Assembly: GCA_003516025.1 (NCBI GenBank)
Contig: CP023991.1
Span: forward strand, 450,001 to 482,000
Reading direction: 5' to 3'
DNA length: 32,000 nt
From: Candidatus Saccharimonadota bacterium
GTDB lineage: Bacteria; Patescibacteriota; Saccharimonadia; Saccharimonadales; UBA4665
Positions within the stretch are counted from its first letter, which is position 1. Each line of letters starts with the position of its first letter. Below the pieces are notes generated by a model, which did no database searches, was not told the DNA's origin, and saw only the letters and a program-made list of their open reading frames with translations. Below, one piece after another: positions 19,101 through 26,009 of the stretch. Made by a program: the position numbers and the translations under genes.

Positions 19101-19685
19101 ATGACAGCTGAAAGCCGACCATCTTCGGGCGAACTACTGGTTTTTGATCAGCTGAACGACATGCTTGCCAATAAATACGAACAGGTTGTTGAAACGCTGG
19201 ACCGTGAGATCGCGGTAACCCGCGAAGATGGCGGCGTCGCGGCCGAAGCGTTTATTGATCCTGAGTTGCTGCTAAGCGCGGAGGGCAACCCTGATACGGC
19301 AACCATGTGGGCCCAGGTCATTACGAATGGGCATGCCACTGCTGATTCTGTCCGGACAACCATCTGTTCTATTCATTTCGCGTACCGGGCCACACAGGAA
19401 ATCTTTGACCGGCCGTTTGGCCTGCATGCCGACGAACTTATTGAGGGCTGCGAAGAAGTGGCTGACTATTACCAACGCTTACGCCAGCACATCCCTCATT
19501 TTATCCGCCAAAATCCAACGCTGGCACTGCTGATCGATGAGTATACCGTTCATCTTGATCCCTCGCGGGACTACGAAGATGTAGTACAAATGTCCGCCGG
19601 TATTATATTTATGGCTGCCCATGCCGCCGAGCGGGAGTTGGCCATTGTGGCGGCGACTGAAAAGCTGATAGCTGAGATTGTATAA
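19101..19685 (+). CDS. Hypothetical protein (orphan)
   Basis: 194-aa ORF with GGTGG upstream of the ATG. I recognise no motif. Confidence 0.45.
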   Translation: MTAESRPSSGELLVFDQLNDMLANKYEQVVETLDREIAVTREDGGVAAEAFIDPELLLSAEGNPDTATMWAQVITNGHATADSVRTTICSIHFAYRATQEIFDRPFGLHADELIEGCEEVADYYQRLRQHIPHFIRQNPTLALLIDEYTVHLDPSRDYEDVVQMSAGIIFMAAHAAERELAIVAATEKLIAEIV

Positions 19686-19731
19686 AACAAATAAAACAAA
19701 AGCCGCTTGAGTCGTAAAGACCTAAGCGGCT
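19684..19731 (-). terminator. Rho-independent terminator, strong on the minus strand (weak on plus)
   Basis: Stem AGCCGCTT (19701-19708) pairs with AAGCGGCT (19724-19731). Read on the minus strand, the hairpin is followed directly by TTTTGTTTTATTTGTTTT (19700 down to about 19684). On the plus strand it is followed only by AAGGTATTTG. Confidence 0.6.
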
Positions 19732-19880
19732 AAGGTATTTGACCTACATAAGCAGGTACAAATTGTTCCGAAAAGGGATTTTACAGCGCGTGTACCTCGC
19801 ACGCGTTGCTACGTTGTACCTGCCCGTTAGATTTAGGATTTTTCAAAGATTACCCCCTTTCCGTTACCCTTGGTATTACC
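19690..19880 (-). ncRNA. Candidate sRNA of about 190 nt, family not recognised
   Basis: It is bounded by the TTGAAA-17-TATAAT promoter (19913-19885, minus) and the minus-strand terminator (19731-19684). It contains a perfect 10-bp long-range stem, GCAGGTACAA/TTGTACCTGC (19752-19761 with 19814-19823). That stem encloses a 9-bp hairpin at 19784-19808. There is no ATG-initiated ORF; ATG occurs only once and is followed at once by TAG. Confidence 0.3.
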
Positions 19881-19884
19881 TATT

Positions 19885-19913
19885 ATTATACTTTGTATAG
19901 CGGCCGGTTTCAA
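19885..19913 (-). promoter_or_regulatory. Near-consensus sigma70-type promoter on the minus strand with no protein gene downstream
   Basis: Read on the minus strand: TTGAAA (19913-19908), a 17-nt spacer, then TATAAT (19890-19885). Confidence 0.45.
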
Positions 19914-19934
19914 TAATATAGGCCACAATTCTGT

Positions 19935-19958
19935 AGTAATATTGCGGACAATATTACT
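19935..19958. repeat. Perfect 10-bp inverted repeat spanning the hydrolase stop codon
   Basis: AGTAATATTG (19935-19944), loop CGGA, then CAATATTACT (19949-19958). The TAA stop of the minus-strand hydrolase gene (19956-19954) lies inside the right arm. No U-tract follows on either strand. Confidence 0.8.
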
Positions 19959-20775
19959 GTGGTAATTCGGCGGCTAACACTTTAGCCACAGCCGCGGCGT
20001 AGCGCTTACCGATCATATGATTAACTTTCAGCGGGTATAATGTTACGTCGCGCAAGCGCGCCAATTGCCGGACATTATAGGGAATGACAACTTCGTCAAA
20101 AACGCCGTAAAAAATGTCGACCGGTGCCGGTACTTCGGTGATATCGGCAATAATTGTTTGGTGCTCGATACATTGCTCCAGTGACCGTACGAATGGCAGC
20201 CAGGTTGACTGGTCCAAGACTAAAAATTTCATGATTGGTACGATCCGGCTCAGCCGGACTATATTGGCACCGGTAACGCGTTTCTGAGTACGTATATAAC
20301 GATAGGCCGCCAGATACATTGATGTCCGCTGCCGGGCCCGCTTGCTCGCAATAGTGCCGAGCGGCGCGTAAACCGGCGGACTCAGCAGTATGAGCCGCGT
20401 GATGTCTTTTTGGTTTATCCGGGCATAACGGGTGGCGATCAGGCTGCCGAGCGAGTGACCCAACAGTGTGTATGGTTGCCGCAGATGTAGTTTACTAATG
20501 GTATGGTGCAGGTCACGGATATGCTCTTCCATAGTATAGTCGTACCACTGGGGTTTAGGTGAGTCGCCAAAGCCGACCAAATCAATGGTTATGCAGCGGT
20601 ATGATTGTTTGAGCAGCGGTATAAGCGGTTTCCAGTTAGCGCCCGAAGACGCCAAGCCGTGTAGCAGGATAATCACCGGCCCGCTGCCACCGTGGTCAAA
20701 GACATGCAAGCGGTAGGGCCGCCGAAGGGTCTGGTGCCAGAAGCGGTCAAGGCGGGTTAGTGTGGCGTCGCGCAT
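19954..20775 (-). CDS. Alpha/beta-fold hydrolase
   Basis: 273 aa. Oxyanion-region VIILLHGLASSGANW and nucleophile elbow LLGHSLGSLIA (GxSxG). TACTAT on the minus strand (20787-20782) lies 6 nt before the ATG. Confidence 0.8.
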   Translation of the reverse strand: MRDATLTRLDRFWHQTLRRPYRLHVFDHGGSGPVIILLHGLASSGANWKPLIPLLKQSYRCITIDLVGFGDSPKPQWYDYTMEEHIRDLHHTISKLHLRQPYTLLGHSLGSLIATRYARINQKDITRLILLSPPVYAPLGTIASKRARQRTSMYLAAYRYIRTQKRVTGANIVRLSRIVPIMKFLVLDQSTWLPFVRSLEQCIEHQTIIADITEVPAPVDIFYGVFDEVVIPYNVRQLARLRDVTLYPLKVNHMIGKRYAAAVAKVLAAELPQ

Positions 20776-20867
20776 ACCTCTATAGTACAGGACTGTGGAT
20801 AAACAGGGTTGCCAGTGCCGGACGGGTGGACTAAGGTAGAAGTAGGAAGTGTGAGGCTTCCAAACAA

Positions 20868-20895
20868 GACCCGGTTCGCCGGGTCCTTTTTTGTT
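20868..20895. terminator. GC-rich hairpin terminator downstream of the Fur-family gene (bidirectional in form)
   Basis: GACCCGG (20868-20874), loop TTCG, then CCGGGTC (20879-20885). On the plus strand it is followed by CTTTTTTGTT. On the minus strand it is followed by TTGTTTGG. It lies 35 nt downstream of the stop of the minus-strand Fur-family gene. Confidence 0.6.
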
Positions 20896-20919
20896 ATTCG
20901 TGTTTTAAAGCGGTGTAAG

Positions 20920-21342
20920 CTAGGCCGCCTGGCAGTTGGCGCACAGTCCCCGAATCTCTACCTGGTGATCCTGTGGCAGGAACCCTTTGGCTTTGGCAGC
21001 TGCTTTTAAGCGGTTTTCCAGAGCAGGATCTTCCGGCATGGCGGTAACGGTACCGCAGCTCAGGCAGTGTAAATGGTGATGATGATGCTGAAAATCATCG
21101 CTCAGCTCCAGGCGGTACTTCCAGCCGATCTGCAGGCGCTGAACCACGCCGATAGATTCGAATAAGGCGGTCGTGCGATAGACGCTGGCGCGGTCAATAG
21201 AAGCTTCACAGTAGCGGATCAGCTCGGCTAAAGTCACCGGTCCGTGTTCGAGCAAGGCCGTAAACACCGTTGTCCGGGCGGCAGTATTACTCAAGCGGTG
21301 CCGCGCCAGCGTTTTCACTAATTTAACCTGTGGTTCTTCCAT
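20920..21342 (-). CDS. Fur-family metalloregulator, probably zinc-responsive (Zur-like)
   Basis: The track starts at a TTG (21381). I prefer the ATG at 21342 (MEEPQVKLV...), which gives a typical length of 140 aa. A winged-helix region (RTTVFTALLEHGPVTLAELI ... SVYRTTALFESIGVV) is followed by HHHHHLHCLSCG and a C-terminal CANC (CxxC pairs). TATAAT (21354-21349, minus) lies 6 nt before the ATG. It is divergent from a ZIP transporter gene. Confidence 0.85.
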   Translation of the reverse strand: MEEPQVKLVKTLARHRLSNTAARTTVFTALLEHGPVTLAELIRYCEASIDRASVYRTTALFESIGVVQRLQIGWKYRLELSDDFQHHHHHLHCLSCGTVTAMPEDPALENRLKAAAKAKGFLPQDHQVEIRGLCANCQAA

Positions 21343-21369
21343 GCTGCAATTATACGCTGTAGCAGATAC

Positions 21370-21392
21370 AAATTGCGACAAATTTGCAATTT
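21370..21392. promoter_or_regulatory. Inverted repeat AAATTGC-N9-GCAATTT; candidate Fur/Zur operator between the divergent regulator and ZIP genes
   Basis: AAATTGC at 21370-21376 and GCAATTT at 21386-21392. The right arm overlaps a plus-strand TTGCAA (21384-21389) spaced 17 nt from GATACT (21407-21412) ahead of the ZIP gene. The left arm overlaps the -35 position of the minus-strand TATAAT promoter of the regulator gene. Confidence 0.4.
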
Positions 21393-21439
21393 AAGTCTCC
21401 GCAGAAGATACTGGAGTCAATTAAGGACACATACAAACC

Positions 21440-22198
21440 ATGGCATCATACTGGCACGTTATATTTTTTTCATTAATCGGCGGACTGTTTTCGCTCATTG
21501 GCGGCATACTGCTGCTCAGCAGCCGCAAAGTGGCGCATGTACTCGGTGAGTACGCTACGCCCCTGGCCGCTGGCGCGCTTATAGCGGCGGTATTCCTGGA
21601 CCTGCTTAAGGATGGTCTCGAGGAGTCGGCGGCCTCAACAGTATTGGTCGGCGCGCTGGTCGGCATATTGCTGTTTTTTTACGCCGAACGGTTTTTACAC
21701 TGGTTCCACCATCATCATCAGCATGAAGGCGCCAGCCCGGACCGCAGTTTGATCGTCATCGGCGATACGTTGCACAACGCGCTAGACGGGGTAGCTATCG
21801 CGGCAGCTTTTTTGGTGAATGTGCCAACCGGTATCGTAACGACGATCGCTATCGCCGCCCACGAAATTCCGCAGGAGATCGGTGACTTCGGGCTACTGCT
21901 CGCCAAAGGTATGTCCCGTGGCAAAGTGCTGCTGGTTAATGTCGTGAGTTCACTGGCAACGACAGCTATGGCCATCCTGACATTCGCGTTGGGCAGCGCC
22001 GAGCGCCTCCCTCTGGGTATGCTGTTGGGTCTGAGTGCCGGTTTCCTACTATACATCGCCCTGAGTGACATTATTCCGACCATCCATGAAACCACGCCTA
22101 AAAACCGGTTATTTGATGTCCGGCCGCTCCTGGTGGTAGTAGGCGTGATGATCGTTGCCGCGTCGATTGAAGTGGCACACCACTTCGCCGACGTGTAG
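21440..22198 (+). CDS. ZIP-family divalent metal (zinc) transporter, ZupT/GufA-like
   Basis: 252 aa, polytopic. His-rich loop WFHHHHQHEG and the ZIP signature helix AIAAHEIPQEIGDFGLLL. Confidence 0.85.
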   Translation: MASYWHVIFFSLIGGLFSLIGGILLLSSRKVAHVLGEYATPLAAGALIAAVFLDLLKDGLEESAASTVLVGALVGILLFFYAERFLHWFHHHHQHEGASPDRSLIVIGDTLHNALDGVAIAAAFLVNVPTGIVTTIAIAAHEIPQEIGDFGLLLAKGMSRGKVLLVNVVSSLATTAMAILTFALGSAERLPLGMLLGLSAGFLLYIALSDIIPTIHETTPKNRLFDVRPLLVVVGVMIVAASIEVAHHFADV

Positions 22199-22224
22199 CC
22201 GGTTGAATACGCTATAATAAGATT

Positions 22225-23454
22225 ATGCTAATAGGGATATTACTGCTCGGGGTTATAAACGCGGCGCTGCTGCTCTACGTGGTGACACGCCGGCAGGGTA
22301 GTGGGGCCGAAAACCTGGATGCCGCGCTGCGGCAGGAATTCGCCGCCAACCGGCGTGAATACGCCACCGCCAATAAGGATCTGCGCGTAGAGGTCACCCA
22401 GGGTATCGCCGCCACGCGTGAAACCATGGACGTCCGCCTGGAGCAACTGCGCGATAAGAACGACCAGAAGCTGGAACTGATCCGCCGAACCGTTGAAACC
22501 AAACTCGACAGCCTGCAAAAAGATAACGCTGACAAGCTCGAAAAAATGCGCGCGACAGTAGATGAGAAACTGCAAAGCACGCTGGAAAAGCGGCTCAGTG
22601 AGAGTTTTAAGCAAGTAGGAGACCGGCTGGAGCAAGTCCATAAGGGCCTTGGCGAGATGCAGAATCTGGCTACCGACGTCAGTGACTTCAAGCGGGTACT
22701 GACTAATGTAAAAACGCGTGGTACCTGGGGTGAAGTGCAGCTAGAAAACTTACTGGAACAGGTCTTCATTAAAGACCACTACGCCAAGCAGGTCATGTTG
22801 TCGCCCGGCAGCCGTGATGTCGTTGATTTTGCTATTAAGCTGCCTGATAAAAGCAGCAAAGACGGCTTTATATACCTGCCGATTGACTCTAAGTTTCCAC
22901 TGGAAGACTACCAACGGCTGTGCGCTGCCCAGGAAAAGGGCGAAGTGGCTGAGGCCGAAGCCGCCAATAAAGCGTTGGTTAACCGCGTTAAGCTGGAAGC
23001 TAAAAGTATCAAGGAAAAGTACATCGTACCGCCGCGGACGACTGATTTCGCGGTATTGTATGTCCCGACCGAAGGGTTATATGCCGAAATTCTGCGGTCT
23101 CCCGGCCTGTTTGAGATGCTGCAGAGTACCTACCGCGTAACGGTAGCCGGGCCGACAACCATCGCCGCCATATTGAGCAGCTACCAGCTTGGGTTCCGGA
23201 CGTTGGCAATCGCCGAACGGACCAGTGAAGTTTGGGAAACGCTGACGACCGTGAAGGGCGAGTTTGGTAAGTTTGGTGATTTGCTCGATAAGACTCGTGA
23301 AAAGCTAGTCCAGGCAACTAACAATATTGACCTGGCATCGCGTAAATCACGAACGCTTGAAAGCAAGCTCAATAAGGCACAACTATTGGCCGACAAGACT
23401 GCTGCTAAAGCTGAAGAAGCTGTGCCGACGCTGCTTGACGGCATTGATGACTGA
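22225..23454 (+). CDS. rmuC: DNA recombination protein RmuC
   Basis: 409 aa. An N-terminal transmembrane helix is followed by a long coiled coil. The RmuC core reads VDFAIKLPDKSSKDGFIYLPIDSKFPLEDY ... DFAVLYVPTEGLYAE. TATAAT at 22213-22218 lies 6 nt before the ATG. Confidence 0.85.
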   Translation: MLIGILLLGVINAALLLYVVTRRQGSGAENLDAALRQEFAANRREYATANKDLRVEVTQGIAATRETMDVRLEQLRDKNDQKLELIRRTVETKLDSLQKDNADKLEKMRATVDEKLQSTLEKRLSESFKQVGDRLEQVHKGLGEMQNLATDVSDFKRVLTNVKTRGTWGEVQLENLLEQVFIKDHYAKQVMLSPGSRDVVDFAIKLPDKSSKDGFIYLPIDSKFPLEDYQRLCAAQEKGEVAEAEAANKALVNRVKLEAKSIKEKYIVPPRTTDFAVLYVPTEGLYAEILRSPGLFEMLQSTYRVTVAGPTTIAAILSSYQLGFRTLAIAERTSEVWETLTTVKGEFGKFGDLLDKTREKLVQATNNIDLASRKSRTLESKLNKAQLLADKTAAKAEEAVPTLLDGIDD

Positions 23455-23518
23455 GCCGCTTTACAAAAATCTGCGCTGGATATAAGCTTAAGCTAAAATT
23501 AAAGCAAAGGTCGCATCC

Positions 23519-24121
23519 ATGAAAGCTGCTCGTAAGAACGTCTCTTTCTCATCGTATAACCATAAAGTTTTCCTGCTGCTGGCCGTATTGGTGTTTCTCG
23601 CCCAACTGACCTTCCTTGGCGTTTTGTATGACCGGTTCAGCCAGTACCGTAAAGACAATGATGCTATTGTACTGAGTACGCAGCTACAGGCAAACGCAGG
23701 TGTATATAATGCTAGCCTGTCGCGGGTAACCGTAGCGCCATCGGAAAACGTAGTCTACATGCCTGAGCTGCGACTTAAGCTGCCGATCAACGAAACAACG
23801 CTTAGCTTGGTGTACTCGCAGCGGATAAATGAATACGAACCAGCACCACGACAGGTCACCGTCGTTTCTACGTTGGCACAGGAATCCTATGTCTTACCAA
23901 TGCCGCAGCAATTTTCGTGCCAACCGGTACGTCTGGCGGTTGAAACCAAGGCTAATCCGTATAATCAAAAAGAGATAGCGCAACCAGCCGTTAAGTTGGC
24001 AGATGGCCGAACATTGCAGATTTATGCCGTACACGAAGACACCTGCAAGGCCGCTTGGAATATAACTGGTGCTGATTCTGACAAAATTGCCAAAGTATTC
24101 CAAAGCGCTCAGTCCTATTAA
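23519..24121 (+). CDS. Hypothetical signal-anchored (N-terminal TM) protein
   Basis: 200 aa. N-terminal hydrophobic helix VFLLLAVLVFLAQLTFLGVL. The rest has no motif I recognise. The stop overlaps the stop of the convergent glycosidase gene (24118-24121). Confidence 0.45.
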   Translation: MKAARKNVSFSSYNHKVFLLLAVLVFLAQLTFLGVLYDRFSQYRKDNDAIVLSTQLQANAGVYNASLSRVTVAPSENVVYMPELRLKLPINETTLSLVYSQRINEYEPAPRQVTVVSTLAQESYVLPMPQQFSCQPVRLAVETKANPYNQKEIAQPAVKLADGRTLQIYAVHEDTCKAAWNITGADSDKIAKVFQSAQSY

Positions 24122-25467
24122 GACTGTTTGCTCAGGTCAATAGTAAGCGCGGCTGTCCATGAAAAGTCATCGGCGCCGAGCGGTTCACCGGTGATAGGGT
24201 CAAAGTATTCAGCAAAGCCGGCTTTTTCAACCAGTTCAAGTGACAGGTCCCGCAGCGCGGAGGCGTGGTCTTTATAGCCGTATCGTTCGAGGCCGTCAAT
24301 AATCAACCAGTTAATGTTGATCCAGGTCGGACCCTGCCAGTATTTCATAGGTTTAAACCACTGCGAATCAACCGGCACGCTGGGCACCGGGAATGCCGGG
24401 CCGAACGTGTTTTCATTCTCTAGCATTTTCACTAAGGTCGCGGCCCGTTCTTTGCTGATACAGCCAGCGTATAACGGCAATAAAGTGGCGACACTCGGTT
24501 GTTTAAGCAGCTTATGAGTAATAAAGTCGCGCGAATAGTACTGTTTAGTGCATTCATCCCACAGGTTTTCAAAAACTGCTTCGGTTTTCTGCATGCGCTG
24601 GTCCAGCTCAGGGCTGATTGGTTTACGTATTGTACGCGCAATAGCGCGCAGATGCTGGTTGGCGCGTATAAAAATGGCGTTAAAGGCCAGATCCTCGATC
24701 GCGAACAGCGAGTGATGCAGCATCTTGTCGATATCGTAACCCTTGCGGCGGAAACGGCGCTGTACGTCGAAGAGGGCCATTATTTCGATGCTGTCGAAAC
24801 GTTCATCTATAGGTATAGTCTGCGTATCGCGGCGCAACATGGTGACCAGGCCCGTCAAATGCAGGGTTTCGATGGCCCGAATCCAAAATGGCAACTGATG
24901 TTCAGCCAGATATGCCATCCACGGCGGTGTGTTATCCATACCGACTTCCCAGGGATGGATTTGCAGCGTCAGCCCTTCCTGGTGCGGGTCTCTCTCGGCA
25001 TATAGCCATTCATGGTAGGCGAGCAGGGCGGGCCAGACTGATTTGTACCAGCTGCGCCGTTCATTGGCGGGCATTTTGTCGCCGATACGTACGATGGCTT
25101 CGGCCAGCATCGGCGGCTGAGTAATGCCGCTGGTTGCGACATGGTCAGGAGAGTTGGGATTCAGCCAGCTGCGCCAGGCACCACGGTCAGCGCGGTACTT
25201 GTTGCTGTCGTTGAAAATAATATTTGGCAGCATGCCGTTAGACCATTGGCCCCGGAGCAGGCTGTATATCTCGGTTTTGGCGCGTTCAACGTCGTAGTGG
25301 CGCATACCAATAGCCGTAAAGCAGCTGTCCCATAACCACTGATGGGGATAGAGCTTCGCGCCCGGCACGGTGTACTCGCCCCGGTCATTACTGCTCAGTA
25401 CTTCCCGCGCGGCATCAACCAGGTTCAGTGGCGTGCCGGCGATGTCCGGAGTATTGTCATCTTGCAT
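24118..25467 (-). CDS. (alpha/alpha)6-barrel glycoside hydrolase, GH63/MGH1-like (glucosyl- or mannosylglycerate hydrolase / debranching-enzyme-like)
   Basis: 449 aa. LYPHQWLWDSCFTAIG, HPWEVGMDNTPPW and YWQGPTWININWLIIDGL are the motif types seen in GH63/MGH1-like and related trehalase-fold enzymes. Substrate cannot be assigned from sequence alone. TATACT (25481-25476, minus) lies 8 nt before the ATG. Confidence 0.65.
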   Translation of the reverse strand: MQDDNTPDIAGTPLNLVDAAREVLSSNDRGEYTVPGAKLYPHQWLWDSCFTAIGMRHYDVERAKTEIYSLLRGQWSNGMLPNIIFNDSNKYRADRGAWRSWLNPNSPDHVATSGITQPPMLAEAIVRIGDKMPANERRSWYKSVWPALLAYHEWLYAERDPHQEGLTLQIHPWEVGMDNTPPWMAYLAEHQLPFWIRAIETLHLTGLVTMLRRDTQTIPIDERFDSIEIMALFDVQRRFRRKGYDIDKMLHHSLFAIEDLAFNAIFIRANQHLRAIARTIRKPISPELDQRMQKTEAVFENLWDECTKQYYSRDFITHKLLKQPSVATLLPLYAGCISKERAATLVKMLENENTFGPAFPVPSVPVDSQWFKPMKYWQGPTWININWLIIDGLERYGYKDHASALRDLSLELVEKAGFAEYFDPITGEPLGADDFSWTAALTIDLSKQS

Positions 25468-25511
25468 ATGGTTATAGTATAACGCAATTTGCCAGCACCT
25501 GACTGATGAAA

Positions 25512-26009
25512 CTAGCGGAAGTTATTGAAGCTCAGCGGGTAGTCAAAATCTGTACCGCGCAGTAGCTGCATGACGTTTTGCAAGTCATCTTTGCTGGAAC
25601 TCATAACCCGAACGGTATCACCCTGAATCTGTGTTTTAACCTTGGGGTACTGTTCGCGGATCAGCGCGGTAATCTTTTTAGCTTTTTCCTGATCCAGGCC
25701 CTGAATAAAAGGCACTTCCTGAGTTGCCTTAAGGTTGCTTTCGACGATTTCTTTACTGGTATCAAGCACTTTCTGGCTTTGGTTTCGCGCGGCCAGTTTT
25801 TTGCGAACGATGTCGAGGATAGCGTCAATTTGCCAGGCGCCGCTGCCCGTGATTTTCAAACCGGTTTTCTCGGCGTTCAGCCATTCGATAGCTGCCGGAG
25901 TGCCTTTAAAATCGTAGCGGCTGCCCATTTCGCGCTCGGTTTGGTCGAAGACATTGTTCATCTCCGCTTTGTCGTATTCACTGACGACGTCAAAAGAAAA
26001 GTTTGCCAT
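25512..26009 (-). CDS. yajQ: YajQ-family nucleotide-binding protein
   Basis: The track ORF begins at 26045. I prefer the ATG at 26009 (MANFSFDVVSEYDKAEMNNVFDQTEREMGSRYDFKGT...), which is the canonical YajQ N-terminus and gives about 165 aa. TACTAT (26021-26016, minus) lies 6 nt before the ATG. Confidence 0.85.
   Translation of the reverse strand: MANFSFDVVSEYDKAEMNNVFDQTEREMGSRYDFKGTPAAIEWLNAEKTGLKITGSGAWQIDAILDIVRKKLAARNQSQKVLDTSKEIVESNLKATQEVPFIQGLDQEKAKKITALIREQYPKVKTQIQGDTVRVMSSSKDDLQNVMQLLRGTDFDYPLSFNNFR

Noticed and set aside
19690-19880. Assigning the candidate sRNA to SRP (4.5S) or 6S RNA
   Set aside because: I could not find the SRP helix-8 GNRA-loop/AGCA signature. The fold is asymmetric, with a 5' flank of about 55 nt and a 3' flank of about 20 nt around the main stem, rather than the long rod with a central bubble expected of 6S RNA. 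The family is left open.
20809-21009. 66-aa plus-strand ORF spanning the hydrolase/Fur intergenic region
   Set aside because: It starts at a TTG without an RBS, runs through the terminator hairpin and into the antisense of the Fur-family gene, and has no motif. It is probably not coding.
22240-22769. Long antisense ORFs inside well-supported genes. Examples: 22275-22769(-) and 22240-22641(-) in rmuC; 18333-18779(-) and 18027-18308(-) in DUF2130; 10849-11232(-) in res; 26929-27537(-) and 27381-27919(-) in pheS/pheT; 24499-25005(+) in the glycosidase; 16715-17107(-) over DUF3072/PspC; 25578-26036(+) in yajQ.
   Set aside because: Their translations are low-complexity (Ser/Arg/Leu/Ala-rich) and lack motifs. 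Each lies entirely opposite a gene with clear family signatures. They are typical shadow ORFs of coiled-coil or GC-skewed coding regions.
23485-23494. The perfect palindrome AGCTTAAGCT downstream of rmuC
   Set aside because: This is a 10-bp self-complementary sequence with no loop and no U-tract. It is too short and too common a sequence type to carry meaning without further evidence.
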